Source: Monocercomonoides exilis PA203
Lineage: Eukaryota; Protista; Preaxostyla
Assembly: GCA_001643675.2 (NCBI GenBank)
Contig: LSRY02000040.1
Location: forward strand, 124,001 to 188,000
Direction: 5' to 3'
Length of the DNA stretch: 64,000 nt
Below the pieces are notes generated by a model. It searched no databases, was not told the origin of the DNA, and saw only the letters and a program-made list of their open reading frames with translations. The number at the start of each line of letters is the position of its first letter. Position 1 is the first letter of the stretch. Both the position numbers and the translations under genes were made by a program. Positions 26,401 through 40,147 of this stretch are shown one piece after another.

Positions 26401-28567
26401 ATTCGCCCACAAAAACGAGCAATTTTCGAGTCAGCTTTTTTCGTCGACTTTTCACTCGTTTTCGTCTTCGCTAAGAAATTCAGGGAAAAATGAGAAAGAG
26501 AAGGAGAAGGAGAAGAAAAATCAACATTTCAATATTTTATCATCATCGTCGTCTTCTTCTTCCTCTTCCTCTTCCTCTTCCTCTTCCTCTTCTTCTTCTT
26601 CCTCCTCCTCCTCCTCCTCTTCTTCTTCTTCTTCTTCCTCTTCCTCTTCCTCTTCCTCTTCTTCTTCTTCCTTCTTTCTTCCTCTTTCCTTCCATTGTTT
26701 CATTCGTTGCCTCAACAAAATTCTTTCTTCCCATATTCCTCAAATTTGGCTCCGTTCTCCTCTTTTCGAAGAAAACCCAACGAAAAAACAGGAAAAACTC
26801 GAATTTTGGGTGAAAACGAAGGAGAAGAAGGGAATCAATAAAAAGAAGGAAAAGAAAGAGAAAATTGAAGGAAAAGGAAAGAAAGAGGCAGGAAATGAAG
26901 AAAAAATGGCAAGTTTAAGTTTCAATGAAGAAATGAAGAAAGAGGAAGAGGAAGAGGGAGAGGATGAAAGGGGTGTTGATAATTTGGATTCATATGATCC
27001 AAAAACAATTGAAACTTTATCTTCTTCTTCTTCTTCTTCTTCTTCTTCTTCTTCCCCTCTTTCCCCTCTTTCCCCTTCTTCCTCTCCAAGCAAAATGCAA
27101 TTTATTCCGCATCCGCCTCTTTCTCCTCCTCCTTCTTCTTCAACAGTCAACAGAGCTGCAAATAACACTCATCCTCTTCAAAGACCCAAGCCAAAAAAAG
27201 TGTTCAACCATATTTCGCGCAGTGATTCCTATTTAGGAAGTGGAAAACATCCTCAAAGTGAAGTGATTTATTCCTGCGATGAAGGTGGACGCGAAATAAA
27301 TTCCGCAGCTCAGAATTCTTCTGCTTCATCTCCGTTGCTGTCAAATGAACCTCGCTTGAGGACACATTTCACTCAAAATGACAAACAAAATGAAATGCCA
27401 TCATTTTCAACTTCTTCTTCCACTTCTTCCACTTCTTCTTCTTCTTCTCTTTCTTCTCTTTCTTCTATTTCTTCAATTTCTTCTGTTTCTTCTGTTTCTA
27501 ATTCGTCTCTTCATTTCATGTCAAATCAACCCACATCACAAAACACCAAAACAACCGACAAACATGTCATTTCTTCTCAAACACCTCAACTTTATCCAAA
27601 AACTCGTCAAATATCAACCAAAAATACGACTTCAGACAATTCTCATTCAAAAAATCAGCAAATTTCTCAGCAAAACCAACGAAGAAGCCCTTCGCCCGCT
27701 CTTTTTGAGCGGCTTTTCAGCGACGCAAAGCAGCGGAAAGAGGAACTGGCGAAAAAACAGCAAGAAAAAGAGGAAGAAATAAGAGAAATATGCACTTTCA
27801 CACCCGCAATTCTCCGAGACGACGAGATAATTTCTCCGAAACATGTCAAAATTATGCCCAGAGCTAATTCTCCGGCGCGGCAGATGGGCCGAGCGGCTTC
27901 GCCTTTTCGAGGGAAGCAGCCGAATGAGATAGAAACACAGAAAAAAGAGCAAGAAAAGCAGAAGTCGGGTGCTGCTTCTGGTTCTTTGAGGGCAATATTC
28001 GCAGAAAGAGCGCTAAAATCGAAGAAATCTGAGGACAAAACAGAAGAAAGGGAAAGCAAAACGAAGTTGCCGGCAAAGCCAAACGAACGTAAAGCGGATT
28101 ATTTGTCTCTCGGAGATATTTCAAAAACATTCGGAAAAATTCCAGAAAGCGTAAATGTGTCAAAAACACCTCAAAAACATGCAATTCATGAGGATTTCAA
28201 ACAAAACAGCGGAAACGGAAGAAAAGAAAGCGAAGGGCGAACAAATCAACTTCAAAAGCCTGTTTTGCAGAATGCGAAGAAAGAAAATGAAGAATCAGTT
28301 ATTCACATGGAATCTTCACTGGAAATCACGCTCAACCCAAAAAAGCAACACAAGCAGTTTGCTGATTCGCTGAGGCAATCTTATTCTACTTCTTCTTCTT
28401 CCTCCTCTTCTTCCTCTTCTCTCTTTTCTTCTTCTTCTTCTAATACTTCTTCGAATACAGCTTCAAAAAGTCGAACTGCGGAGCAACTTGCAGCCGAACA
28501 GGAAAAGTTGAAGAGATCATATGCAATGATATTTGCTGCACATAAGAAAGCAGAATTTAAACAATAA
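22310..28567 (+). CDS. Large low-complexity Glu/Lys/Ser-rich coiled-coil protein, probably cytoskeletal/ciliary; 5' end uncertain
   Basis: 6.26-kb open frame. Conserved-looking islands FEVSVSLPSGPASFRVFEGD..VKAFCERHFL, AVFQRL, ELTFHPVIS, NVFDRLF, LFERLFSDA and ICTFTPAI resemble motifs of protist microtubule-associated proteins (inference). A possible splice acceptor at ~22354 suggests upstream exons. Confidence 0.75.
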
Positions 28568-29694
28568 TATCGATATTTTTTTATTAATTGCATGAAACTT
28601 AGTTTTTATTTCAATTTGTTTGATTTAATTTTATTTAATTGCTTTTGTTTACGTGTCTAATTTTTATTTGAGAAATTTTCGGTTATTACAAAGATTATTC
28701 CTCATTCATCTATCATTCATAAAAATGTGAAATTTTAGAAATGTCTTTGTCATAAATGAAAAATATGTATTTTTTCGCAATATATTTATGTCAATAATAA
28801 GCATAAATGTTGCATTGTTAACTGAATGATGTTATTGAATATCTTCCTGATTCATTTTTTTAAACGGATCCAAAATAAGGAAACTTCTTAACAAGAATAG
28901 TTTAACATTTACACTCACAAATAAATAAAAAATTAAAAAAAATTAAAAAAAAAAAAAAAAAAAAAACAAATTTGAAAGCTTCAATTATTTATTTTAAAAT
29001 GCAATTGCTTATCAATCAAAAATCAACAAAGACAATTCATTTATGGTATGAAAAGATATTCACAATAATATCAGTCAAATAAATAGATTTTTCATGAAAT
29101 GCATGACTTTGACAAATCATTTGTGAGAGTTGAAGATAGAACAATCAAACTTTTGTTTTCTCTTATTATTTTACACAATCTTCTCCTTTATCCTTCGCGA
29201 AAATAAAAAAAGCTCAAAAAATTATTTAACGTTTTTGAACCTATTTTTCTCATGTCCCACACATTCAAATTAACAAAACTTTAAAAAATGAAACCAAAAA
29301 TTTCTTTTTTTGCTTTTGAAAAAAAAAAAGACCTGTGTTTAATCATCATCCGGACTGGTTGATAAAGTATTGTTTCCAATGATAATGATAAAAAACAGAT
29401 TAATTTCTTTTCCGACAAACAAATATTTTCTTCATCAAAGAAAGCTATTATTTTTTTTATGGAAAACAGTCTCTTATTTATTTTTGAAGTGAATTATTTC
29501 ATTTGTCAAATGAAGAAATGTTAATTGTCGATCACTTCCAATGATAATAAAAAATCCTTTTCGACCTGAAGATAACTGTGTATTTCTAATATTTTTTACA
29601 AGTTCATCAAAATTCTTGAATCAGACAATCTTATTTCTCAAGCTTTTTCGATCACAAATCTTCGGCAGATGTTCTTCTTTTTTAACAATATTGT

Positions 29695-30053
29695 GTCAGA
29701 TTTCTATTAGAATCCAGTTTTTTCTTTGATCAAAGATTTTTTCCCCCAATATGTGTTATTCTTTTTGAAATGTCGCAAATGTTAAATTTTCAAATGAAAA
29801 AAATTTGCGTTTCTTGATCAAATTTCTGTTCCCTCTTGCGAAACTTCACCAGAATGATAATAATGGCATTATCGAAAAATAGATTCCATTTCAGCGATAT
29901 TTCTTGAAATGAATCTGAAATTTGATCAAAAAATGTAATTTTTTTTACTTTATTTGAAAACAAAACATTAACACCATTACAAAAAGGATAACATATATTT
30001 GGGGGAAAAAAATTTTGATCAAAGAAAAAACTGTGTGCTCATTAAAAACTGAC
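29695..30053. mobile_element. Fold-back MITE (29753-29994, ATAT TSD) inserted at the centre of an older palindrome
   Basis: Inner ATAT|GTGTTATTCTTTTTG ... CAAAAAGGATAACAT|ATAT. Outer arms CAGTTTTTTCTTTGATCAAA..TTTTTTCCCCCAA / TTGGGGGAAAAAA..TTTGATCAAAGAAAAAACTG. Confidence 0.75.
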
Positions 30054-30265
30054 CCAGCTTTATGAATAAAATACACAATTACAGATATGAAGACGATAAA
30101 ATAGTATCAAAAAATAATCGAAAATGATGAAAATTAAAATCACCACATAAAAAAAAGGATTTTCAAAAACATTTGCAAATGTGACTGTTTCGTTGTTTTG
30201 GACATATGAACTTTATTGATCTTTTGTTTTTTTGTGCACATCATCATTTTTGTATTTACTCCAAT

Positions 30266-32654
30266 TACACCAAAAATAATTCAAATTTGAAAAAAAATAA
30301 TTCGATTTCTGAATTAATAATTCAAAATCGAAAATTCATAATTCAATTTCGTAATTAACAAATTCGATTTCGAAAAAGAATAATTCAATTTCGAAAATGA
30401 ACATTTATTTGATTTGTGGAATGAATAACTTGTGTTTTGTGGTTAAAATTCTCTTAATTGATACCTCATCAGAACATTTTGTTTATCAACATTTGAAAAA
30501 TGACGATGTTTCATTATATAAATTCATTCATTTTGAATTCATATTTCTTTTATAAAAGTTTTTCAAAAAAAAAATGAATTCATTTTAGTATTAAAAATTG
30601 ATGTTTTTCTATTTTCACTCCATAGAAACTTAAAAAATATAGGTAAGAGCAGAAGATATGTATCCCTGTTTTTAAAAATAGAAAATTTTTTGCATGTGCT
30701 CAAAAAGCTTCATTGACAATTTCTATGCTATTAAAGAAAATAAATGAGAATGTTGAGTGAATTCTTGTGATATTTTGTAAATGTGAAAAAAATATTAAAA
30801 AACTCAATTATCAGTGTATTCAGAAGCATCACTGCAATCACCTGCTCCTGGATCCTTGTCCGATGATCCTTCAGCTATTAGAGTTATATCGCTTTCATTC
30901 TCTGTGTTTTCATCGACAAAATCTCTATTTGCTCCTTTTGTTTTTCGAACTCCTTTGCATGTTCAAAATCATGAATCATTCAAACATACTCATGGAAATG
31001 CAAAGGTTTGTTTTTTTCGGTCATTAAACTTGCAAAATAGTTATCTTTTAATTATTGCCTTGTGCTCGTACGTGGTAAAAACCTTCTTAATTGATTCCAA
31101 AGCCCTTCAATAATATTTGTGCAAGCAGATGTTGTTTTATCTTTGAACCGATACTTATGGCAAACTGTTGAATGTTTAAAACCCAAAGAATTCAAACAGG
31201 AATACGCACGCCACTCGTCAGAATAAATTGTTGTCTGCTTTTTTTACGAAATTCTCAATAATGGGTATTAAAGTTTCTTTCTTTCTGTTTTCGACACGAA
31301 CTATTAAACATTTTCCTTGATTAAATCAGTTTTTCGCTCCACAATACCGAAGATATGAGTGATTATTTTTGAACTCATATTTTTTCTTTCAAAAATTTCT
31401 GTTCGAAAATTTCTTTTAAATGTTCACAAATGAACACTGAAAAGTGAACAGGTATATTCAAATTATTTTTATTTTTATTTCTGATCATGCATTTGTTTTT
31501 GAAACAGTTGTGACTACTTAAGCACTTGAATGGAAAATATCTACCCAAATGAAAACAATCTTTGAAAAATCTTCATCCCGAAAAAAGTTATGATTTTAAA
31601 AATAATCACTCATATATATTTGTTGTTTGGACCTTCCTTATCTCGAATATTCTTTTGCGAAGAACGGTTTCATCTGTTTCAACTTTGCACTCTGATACTC
31701 CCAATGTCAAATCCATTTTTGCAACAGTGTCAACAGCAGCTTTTCTTGAAACGCTTGCTCAATATGAAACTATATCTCTGCTTATTCCCACTAAATACGA
31801 GATTTGTTTGGAATTTAATTTCATATATAATAAAAACAAAAGTTGCAGAAGTTTTGATATCCCAATCTTTGACATGAAAAACAAAGTGCCCTTATAAACA
31901 CTTATTTTTCTTTTACAATTTTTTCATATCCAGCAACGCTTCACCATATTAATACACAAATTCATTTGTTTCTGAAAATTCGTGCATTTTTCGGAACAGC
32001 AATGAAGTAATTGCACTCGATACCATGTCCAAACGCAATCAGGGTCCATAAACATTCTTTAAAATCTCGAAATTGATATATTTGTTTCCATTTCAGTCAG
32101 GATCAAATGATAACGAAAACTGCTCAATCTCATATTTTCTGAAAAACGAGCATAATTTGTTCACAAAAATGTGCAAATAAATTAAACTTTAAGTGATGTG
32201 AATATTACAAATATACAATTTTGTTGTTGTTTATTTCATTTTTTCTAGGGTCAAATAAAAAAAATAGTTACCACTATCTTCTGTATTTACCAAAATATAA
32301 TTGAGAAAAAAATTCTTTTTTTTTTTTTGTTATTCAATAAAAGTGATTGAAAATTCACTATTTTCTTTTGGTGATTTGCAAGTGTGATTTTTTTAATTAT
32401 TTTTTTCTTTTGAGTGATGATTTTTGAAAATAAATTTTTTTTTCAAAAAATTGATTTATGGATTGTTTCAATTTACAAAGAATAGTTTTTTTGAGTAATA
32501 ATATTTGATTTGTCAAAAAAAAAAAAAAAATTGAACTTTTCTGAAATCCATTCTCGAGAAAAAAAAAATTTCAGTTTTAAATGAATTTCGAAATTGAAAT
32601 AATCATTTTCGAAATTGAATTATTTTTTTTCGAATTCGAATTATTTTTGGTGTA
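30266..32654 (-). mobile_element. TIR transposon containing a Merlin/ISXO2-like (IS1595 family) transposase pseudogene
   Basis: TIRs TACACCAAAAATAATTC / GAATTATTTTTGGTGTA with AATTCAATTTCGAAA sub-repeats. Minus-strand translation of ~32090-31030 gives KVETDETVLRKR, KQQIYIFGIVERK, TTIYSDEWRAYSCL, TVCHKYRF and TNIIEGLWNQLR (D-D-E), with stops and frameshifts. Confidence 0.8.
31357..31611. mobile_element. 255-bp MITE with GAG termini and ATAT TSD interrupting the transposase
   Basis: ATAT|GAGTGATTATTTTT ... AAAAATAATCACTC|ATAT. Removing it plus one ATAT restores the in-frame peptide KQQIYIFGIVER. Confidence 0.9.
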
Positions 32655-32798
32655 TCAAATTCAAATAAAAATCATTTCATCTTTATGAAAAAAAAAATAT
32701 CAATCAAAATTAAATAAATTATTTTTTTCCTTTTTGTGAAACGAATAAAAAAGATAAAGATGGTTTTTGATTCAAAAAGCTAAATGAAAAGAATTTGG

Positions 32799-34177
32799 TT
32801 AAACATTCACAAAATAATCAGATACATCTAACGATAATTGAAAATAATATTTTTCGTTTAGAAAAGAAACTGCATCGTGAAAGCCAGCTATGGCATCTTC
32901 GTATCCTTCTTCTTCCATCCTTTCAAATATCTTTCTTTTCATTTCTTTTCTTTTTTTCCCCTCGGTTTCATCGTCCTCCTCCTCTTTCAATCGTTTAGAA
33001 ACATTCAAAAAGAAATAATAACAATTCCTTATCAAACTGTGACTAATTATTGATTGCTTCATTTCCTCCAAATAGAGATCAATAGCTCCACTTTTCAACA
33101 AGTCATCAATTTTCACATTTCTATTTTCAGCAGCACATCTAAGTATATCGAAGCATCTATTGCGAATATCTTTGTGATTGTCCCTTGATGCTCGTAACAC
33201 TTGAACAATGCAATTGATAAGACCAGCAATTTCTTCGTTCCACAATGTGTTTGAATATAAGAACTCATAAATCACATCGAACCATCTCCTGATAACAAGC
33301 ACTTCTATTCTTCCATTTTCTTCTTCATTTCTATTCCAATCCACACTCTTTACTAGCTCTTTCAGTTCTCTTGCTGCCTCTCTCGCGAAATGCAATTCTT
33401 TCACTATCACTTCTTTCAGGCTTTTGTCCCAATAAAATCTTTTTATCAAAAACTGCCAAGCAGACTGATAGGCGAGTCGTGTCAGATTCTGATGTTCCTG
33501 ATGATATTCGATGATTTCAGTGATCTCATTCAAATACAGTTCTTGTTCAATTTCCTTATTAAAATCAGAAAAAAATGCAAAAATATCAAAATGGAAATAG
33601 AAGCAAACATACAAAATATGTGTTAACATGACTTAAAGCCAACAAAGCCATTTTCACTTCTTTTTGAGTCTCCTCATTTCCCTCTTTCTTCGAGGCAGCT
33701 TTCAGAAGGGGAGGTACAATTATTGAACGATATTCATCTGGAATGAAGTACGAATGTTGCAAAGCATAACATTCGCTAAGATCAACCAGAAACTTTTCGT
33801 TCATTTCTTCTTTTTTCTTCTCATTTTCATCATTTATCATCTCTTTCATCCTTTCGCTCAATAACGAATAATTAAAAGATTCTAAGTCAATCATTTTCAG
33901 CTCTTTGTTGTATCCAACATGCTTCAACAGCAAGATTGCATTTTCCATCGAAATATTCCTTTCTTTAATCATTTCATCCATTTCCTCAATTTTCTGCATT
34001 TGTTCATCTTCTCTGCGACGCTAAAGCTCATGGAATAATTCTTCAAATAGAATTTAAAAAAACAAAAATTATGTTCAGAATTATTTAATCCAAATTAATG
34101 CACAAACTTGAAAACTGTTCTGTTCTGGTCAGAGCCTGAACTACTTTTTCACATTTATCAGCATTTGGCATACTCAT
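32799..34177 (-). pseudogene. Expanded-family copy D; early in-frame TAG and internal deletion
   Basis: Exon 1 MSMPNADKCEK matches copy B. TAG at 34023-34021 early in exon 2; exon 2 lacks ~25 codons; exon 3 is open to TAA at 32799. Confidence 0.8.
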
Positions 34178-37100
34178 TCTGTTTGTTGCAAAAAAATATT
34201 CAAAAAGAGCTGCAAAGTGTGACAAGCAACAAAATAAAAGATAAATATAAACTTCGTTGATTATCTTTCAGTCTTAAAATGATCGCAGTACAAACAGTTT
34301 TGTTATTGCTAAATAAAAAGAATTGCAAAAGATATTGCGAACAAGCCTCAAGGATTGGTTGTATAAGTCTAGAAATGGAAATCTTTTGTTTATTTTTGAT
34401 CTAACCAATAGAAATTCAAATAGAAGAAATAGATTTCGATTTTCTTTTTTCTTTTTGCAAATTGAGTTTGTTTTTTATTGGTATGAAATTGGGTATGTCA
34501 ATCACGCAGATATGTTTATTGTCAGAAAAGAAAAAGAAATGAAACAATCAAATTTCATAAAAGAAAAGTCTTTTTCTTCTGTTTTCAAACAATGCTCAGA
34601 TTGATAATAATGAAAACAGATGTTTGCATGCTCAATGAATTATATTTGATTATTTTCTTGTTTTTCACTTTTCAGTTTTCATTCAAGATGATTCATTGGA
34701 TAATTGAAAGGAATAAAAAAGACAAAAATCAAAAAGGAATTGTGGATTCAATTCGAAAATCAGTCAAACAGCAGAAGAGCATGAAAAAATGGTTTAACAG
34801 CCAAATGAGAAAATTTTGAAAAATCTTGAAGGTCCACTTTGAACATCAAGGATGGCAGGACAAATGATTGGTGGAACAGCTTCAATGAATGAAGAAGACA
34901 TTTTTCTTTTGTTTTCATCATATGCTTTGGGAAATCAAAAAGCCATTTGACTTGGCTTGAATGACGATCAGATGAGAAATGTCGTGAAGGCAGCTGTGCA
35001 ATGAGAAGCATTCAGGAAGCACAACAATTCAACAACATCTTTGGTTGTTCATCAAAAACCCAGAAGAAATGAATCAGAGAATTCTGCTGCTCAACCAAAT
35101 GAATGAAGAGAGCTAAAGGGAAATCGTGTTCTTTGTCTGAATTCCATTTTGCACACACTTTTCTCTTTTTTGGAGCAAACCAAAAATTTGTTATTGGACT
35201 TCAGTGGCTGATGAGAATGAATGGACATCCCTTTTTGAATCTCTCTTCAATCCTTCCTTTTTCTCTTTTTCCTCAGCGAACAGCACCCTCAATGAAAGAA
35301 GAGACACCTGTCTCTTCACTCATTTCTCATCTGACACTTTCAGAATGTTTCATCTTCTGCATTGTCTTCTCTGCAAAGAACATCTCTTGTCAAATCATCA
35401 TCCTCCTTTGTGGTTGCTGAACATGCTGAAAAGACACGATTAACAACAGCAGCTGCTTCAGTGGTGATTGAAAGAAAGTTGAACATGCTTTGGGTGAAGC
35501 AAAAGAAAGAAGTTTTTAATGATGAGTTTTTTGAATTCTGTTTGAACTGATAATTCAATGTGGAATTTCTCCTCATCATCAACTTCTTTCTTCTTCTCCT
35601 CTGCTTTCCAGACAATCTTCCTCATTGTTTCTTCTTTCTTCACTTGTATTTCGTGAAACCAATTGACCGATTTGTTATCAGAATTCTGTTGCCTTCTTCG
35701 TTGGATTCTCCAATAAAGTCGAAGAAGAAGAAAAAGAAAAAGAAGAACCTTTCGAAACAATTGTTGTTGATGAAGAAGGAGAAAAGAAATATAAATTTCA
35801 TCCGTTTTGAATGATCGGTTTGAATGAAGGAGAAGAAACAGAAGAGAATTTCCTTTGTCATTTATCTTTCTTCTTCAAAGTTTGCTTTCAAACAGAAGGA
35901 TATAATTCCTTTTGAAGATTTTGGAAAGAATAACAATGCTCCCCTAAATTTCAGAGGAAGAAGATGTTTTGATTGAAATTCTCACCTTTTGTTTGATGAA
36001 GACAGTGATGCAAAAGAAGAGGAAGCAAATGTTGATATTGAAGCTTATCATGATCTGTCTGAATGATACAAATATAACATTTTTTCCGAATAAATTCCTT
36101 CATTCAAATACATTTTTAGTTTATTTTCCCTCTCTTCCAGCTCGTTTCTGCCTTCATCTCAGATTCTCTCTTTCTCTTTGTTCCATCCAAAACAACCATC
36201 TCCATTCTTTCAACATCCCATTCTCCTCTTTTCTTCAATTCAAACATTCCACGTTATTCATCTCATCATCAAATTTGTCTTTCCTCTTCTTAATGAGCAA
36301 TTGTCCACAGGTTTCTAACTCACATCCATTTTGTGTGCTTCTGTGACAGAGTTTTGTTCCATCATGTCTGAAATATGGTCATCGCCTGTTGACTGATAAT
36401 GACTCATCCATGGCTTCGTTCTGTTGATTTTGCGCTTGCAATCTTTGAGGATGCTCAGATGAAAAAAATGAAGCTGTTTCTTCGAAGAAACAAGAAACAT
36501 CATTGAAAATGGTTGTGTGTTGTCTGATCATGGGCAAACTGTTTTGTTTGATGAAGTGCCTCAATATCCCAAATTGGACAGAAATGTGGAAGAAGAAGAT
36601 GTTTGTTGCAAATGAAATGAAATGAGCCAGATGAACTCTTCAGAGGAAGATGAATGGCAAAGGGGAGGAAGAAGTTTCATTGTGAACAAATGGTCTTTCA
36701 TTTGGCCACGTTGCATAAGGAAAAAGTAATGAGCGAAAGAACTGAATATGATGAAAAAGAAATAGTTGGCTTTCTTTCCAGGTGGTGAGTCAAAAGAGGG
36801 AGAGTTTGATTTCTGTGCGATTGCAAATAAGAAGCTCTTCTTCATTTAAAAAAAACGCACAATCCAATCAAACGAATTGAACAAAAAAGAGAAATGAGGA
36901 ACTTTAACAAACATCAAACACGCTATCTGAATCCCAATTAACAACAAAAAACTTTTCAAACTCGCTTCATATTGCAACACTAAAATATGATAGCGATTGC
37001 ATTCAGCCTTTTTGTTCAACAATTCCATTTTACGAAACAATTGTTCTTCCCATCTGCCAAACAAAAATATCGTCAATGAATATTTCAAAAAAGAGTGAGA

Positions 37101-38144
37101 AAAAATCACATAATCTGCAAAAATGCTGCTTGAAATGGATTGTCTCTGAGAATAGCGCTCAATATAAAAAATGCTTTTGTCTGGAACACTAACAAGATTA
37201 AAAAGAATTTCTCTTTATAATCGGTTTTGCATTTTTAATGAAAACTCTTCAAAAAAACAAACATGCCCTTTCAATCACAAATTCAGCGGATTGTTCAATC
37301 ACTGATGCTTTCAATCTATATTTCCATTGTTTCCCAGTGCTCCTTTCACCATCATCCTTTTCCCCCTCACAAATAACCTGCTTAAGATATTGCCATCCAC
37401 TTTTAAATCGAAAAAAATCTTTTCTTTCCAAATGCTGTCCAATTGTTTGCATTCTTTTTTATCCTCTGAACAAAATGCTTTGAAATCAAATTTGTTTTCA
37501 TCCACTGTTCAAGTTGAAAACAAAAAATATGTAATTCCAATCTGATGGTCGTTTCTCACCATCCAACTCGCTTCTCATGTTCAGCTCAGAAAAACAAAAG
37601 AATAGCAGTTTATTCTATTTTATCAGATTCTTGGGCTCTGAAAAAATGATTTATAAAAATATCTACTCAAAGAACAAGAGCAATAATAAAATACAAACAT
37701 TTTGATATTTTCATTCAACAACCAAACTGCTGCATTTCCTTCCATGATTTTTTTATTAAATAATCTCTCTCAATTCCATCATTAATTCCTAGCTGTCGCT
37801 GTCTCATTCGACCATACAAAAACATATCCCACATTCCAAAAGAAATATTAATAATTAAACTCTCATCTTGGGCAAAAAAAAAAAAAAAACATTCATGTTC
37901 AAATATCATTAATCGATCAAATCTCCCATAACAACAAACCAACAAGGATTAAGCATTCTTTTTCTCTGCAATTCCTTGCCAAAAGTGCTTGCACAAAAAG
38001 GGTGGTATGAGGAAAGGCATTTTACAGATTGTTTTGAAAATATAAAATTTGTCATTGATTTTCTGCCTCGATTATTCTTTTCATTTGGATTGATAAAAAT
38101 GTTGATGTCTTCCGAATGGTGCATTTTGCAAAAAGTCGAAGGAA

Positions 38145-39549
38145 ATGAGCGTCACCGAAAAGTTCACTGGTTTGCATCCATTGCTGCATTTGAATTTTTG
38201 GGAATTGCATTTCTTTCTTTCTTCATAATTTTGAAGCGTTGTTTGATGGACTTGAAGAGTGCGATGAGGAGGAACAAGTGCAAAAAATCATGGAAATGAA
38301 TGGATTAATTGATGAAATGAATAAAGAAGAATTTGAATCAATTTTCACGATAGAACTATTCAATAAAATTCACCAAATGATAGAAAAAGAGAAATTGCCA
38401 TGGGGAAACGCAATTTTGTTGATGAAGCATGTTGGATATTACCAAATGCTGAAACGCTTTTATGATTATGCATTTATTGACTCTTTATTGAGTGATAGAT
38501 TTCAGGAACTGATCATTGAAGAAGAAGAGAAAAAAGGAGAAAAGAACGAAAGACTTTTGGTTGATCTCTGTGAATGTTATCTTTTGCAACTTGATTACAA
38601 CATCTGTGAAGATCTTGTGTCGATTTGCGTGCCTTGCCTTCTGAAAGTTGCATCGAAGAAAGAGAGAAACGAGGAGACTCAAAAAGAAGTTGAAATAGCT
38701 TTATTCGGTTTTAATTGTATTGACGATGGAACTGTATGAGCATTTCAATTTCCATTTTGATATTTTTGCATATTTTTCTTATTTTTTGATTAGAAAATTA
38801 AAAAAGAAATTTTCAAGAACGAAATCAAAGAGATTGTTTATTATCAGCAGGAACATCGCAACCTCACTCATCTTGCTTATCAGTCTGCTTGGATGTTTTT
38901 GATTTGTGGATTTCCCAAAGTCGATAGCTCGGAAGAAGTGATTGTGAATGAACTGCATTTTGGAAGAGAAGCAAGAAGAGAGATCGAAGATCTATCAAAG
39001 TGTATCGACTGGAAGAGAAAAGAAGAAGAAAATGGAAGAATAGAAGTGCATATTATCGAAAGATGGCTCGATGTTATTGATAATTACTTAACTTCGTGCG
39101 AATTGTGGAACGAAGAACTTGCTGGACTTATCAATTGCATTGTTCAAGTGTTGCGAGCATCAAGGGACAATCACAAAGATATTCGCAATAGATGCTTCGA
39201 TATACTTAGATGTGCTGCTGAAAATAGAAATGTGGAAATTGACTGTTTGTTAAAAAATGGGGCTTTTGGTGCTGTTTTGGAGGAGATTCAGCAGCCAACA
39301 ATTAATGATGATTTGATAAGGAATTGTTATTATTTCTTTTTGAGCATTTCAGAAAGACTGAAAGAAAAGGATGTTAATGAAACCGAGGGGGAAAAAAGAA
39401 AAGAAATGAAAAGAAAGATATTTGAAAAGATGGAAGAAGAAGGTTACGAAGATGACATAGCTGGCTTTCACGATGTAGTTTCTTTTCTAAACAAAAAATA
39501 TTATTTTCAATTATCGTTCAATTCTTCTGATTATTTTGTGAATGTTTAA
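38145..39549 (+). CDS. Expanded-family alpha-helical protein, copy E, 425 aa, 3 exons
   Basis: Exons 38145-38169, 38237-38733 and 38794-39549 (1278 nt, open); GT-AG introns at family-conserved positions. Confidence 0.8.
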
Positions 39550-40147
39550 CCAAATTCTTTTCATTTAGCTTTTTGAATCAAAAACCATCTTTATCTTTTT
39601 TATTCGTTTCACAAAGCGTGTTAAAATAATCATTAGAATTGCTTTGTCAAAAAGTCTTATTATCATTTTTTTGAAAGGATGATGATACATAAAACTAAAA
39701 TAAAATAAAAACAATTAAAATAATTCAATACTCAAAGAAAATAATGTATCTTTAAACTATGATACAAAACTTAGTATTTGATATTAAAAATTCCCCTGTA
39801 AGAGTTATTAAATCTAAGAATTTCTTCGAAACAGATCAATTTGAAAAAATACAAATTTGGGTGTGATCATATTTCAAGAAATGTCATCGTTTGTTCATTT
39901 GTAAACTTCTGCTTTAAGTTTTCCTTTTTATCTCTTTCATCTGTAAACTTTTTTTGATATTCAATTATATGAACAAAAATTTGTTTGATTTAATTATCAT
40001 TCAGAGGTTTGATATTTGGTAATTTGATGCATTGACGTTTAACTTAAGCTTTTCAATTGCAATTATTACTTTTATTCTATTTGATAAATATGAATAAATG
40101 TATTGCTTCATCTCTTATGATATTATTGTTTTTGACAACAATGAAAC

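Larger units (their letters stand above)
32700..39615. repeat. Segmental duplication copy 2: head-to-head pair (D, E) whose 3' ends form terminal inverted repeats
   Basis: Colinear with 12050-18740. 32733-32822 is the exact reverse complement of 39526-39615, with high similarity continuing inward. Confidence 0.9.

Noticed and set aside
22524-28593. Numerous overlapping and antisense ORFs within the 2085-aa gene
   Set aside because: Shadows of GAA/TCT low-complexity sequence that lacks stops in other frames.
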